NCBI GenBank assembly: GCA_964356305.1
Contig: CAYHGS010000001.1
Location: 16,130-80,129 of the forward strand
DNA from: an uncultured Candidatus Peribacteria bacterium
GTDB taxonomy: Bacteria; Patescibacteriota; Gracilibacteria; UBA1369; UBA12463
Length of the DNA stretch: 64,000 nt
Direction: 5' to 3'
Shown here: in pieces, positions 63,352-64,000 of the stretch
Layout: every line of letters begins with the position of its first letter
Position numbering within the stretch: position 1 is the first letter of the stretch
Notes under the pieces: generated by a model
Databases searched by the model: none
What the model saw: the letters and a program-made list of their open reading frames with translations, nothing else
Told to the model about the DNA's origin: nothing
Translations under genes and position numbers: made by a program

Positions 63352-64000
63352 ATGTCAGAAACCCCCCATCAGCAACGACAGGAGAAATTGAATGCCTCGG
63401 TGCCCAAACCTTTCGATACATCCGATAAGGGATTTAAAATGCTTGCGGATGGAATGTGGAATGATTTTAATGATAAAAAAGTTCTGCTTCCTGAACGCTT
63501 TAAGCAAATGAGTTCGTTGCAGGCGGAGGTTGAAAAAAGGTATAGAAAGGGTGATAAACTTCTTGATAAGAAGGGGACGGTTTGGGTTTGGAAGACGAGA
63601 GATGGCTCTCAGCGAGGAGAGGTAATACCTTTATTTCTGAAGCAACCGAAAGAAAATTTTTCTCTGGCAATTCAAAAAGAAATTGAGAATTATTCTAAAG
63701 ATCAACAGCTCATTGCACAGAAAAAAGATCAGCGCGAGACGATACGCAACATCGAAGGTTCTAAAGGTAATTTGTACAACTCAATTGTGAAAGATTTTCC
63801 CGAAGTTGCAAATATCGCCGAATACGCATCTTTTTGGAGCCAGGTTTATTCTGCAATTGATGACGGTTGTTATACATATCAATTTGCGAAAGAATTCTCA
63901 CAAAATGCAAAAATTAAAAATCCAACATTGCGGAAGCAAGTCAGAGAGATGGGTTTTGTATTAATTAATCCGAGAACGAAGGTATTCGTGTGGTTTACAG
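63352..64000 (+). CDS. hypothetical protein, N-terminal part (runs off the window end)
   Basis: Not in the ORF track because it is open at the edge. My translation from ATG 63352 gives MSETPHQQRQEKLNASVPKPFDTSDKGFKMLADGMWNDF... with no stop up to 64000. TATAAT at 63325-30. Confidence 0.5.
   Translation, partial: MSETPHQQRQEKLNASVPKPFDTSDKGFKMLADGMWNDFNDKKVLLPERFKQMSSLQAEVEKRYRKGDKLLDKKGTVWVWKTRDGSQRGEVIPLFLKQPKENFSLAIQKEIENYSKDQQLIAQKKDQRETIRNIEGSKGNLYNSIVKDFPEVANIAEYASFWSQVYSAIDDGCYTYQFAKEFSQNAKIKNPTLRKQVREMGFVLINPRTKVFVWFT

Overview
Dense, two-strand chromosomal segment read in the standard bacterial code (TGA is used as a stop). It carries about 60 protein genes, 3 canonical tRNAs (Met-CAT, Leu-CAG, Val-GAC), no rRNA, no CRISPR array, and no transposase or integrase. 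Several traits suggest a reduced Patescibacteria/CPR-type genome, possibly Peregrinibacteria-like. These are small housekeeping genes mixed with many orphan, low-complexity and SLH-anchored surface proteins, repeated HNH-endonuclease paralogs, DUF-type families and few Shine-Dalgarno sites. This taxonomic call is an inference, not a database result. Recognisable content falls into these groups. (1) Carbon metabolism: gnd-zwf, phosphoketolase, a beta-PGM-like HAD. (2) Translation and RNA: mnmA, rnc, nusB, yceD-rpmF, hpf, ychF. (3) DNA: dnaX, ligA, PolX, a tandem ThyX-like gene. (4) Envelope and division: alr, ftsA, sortase, two GT4 glycosyltransferases, three SLH proteins including a 1124-aa polyQ/Cys-repeat protein. 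(5) Redox and stress: trxB, msrB, glutaredoxin-like, nitroreductase with HxlR, a RelA/SpoT gene carrying a C-terminal 4-helix membrane domain, and an ECF sigma/anti-sigma pair. The most unusual signal is non-coding. At 50667-50737 lies a 71-nt tmRNA-like tRNA-like domain. It has a G3:U70 acceptor stem, A73, an encoded CCA and a canonical T arm, but no anticodon arm and no mRNA-like domain. A strong terminator follows it, and duplicated copies of its internal hairpin flank it. Other signals worth a second look: a recurrent intergenic motif (ATTT)CAGCTTTAA sitting in promoter spacers; a roughly 390-nt gene-free region with a perfect 12-bp long-range inverted repeat; many promoters whose -10 box lies 6-10 nt from the start codon (leaderless mRNAs); a PemK/MazF-like toxin gene interrupted by an in-frame TGA; and a fused double-domain ThyX with its catalytic motifs split between the halves. 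All family assignments come from motif recognition by eye. No searches were run.
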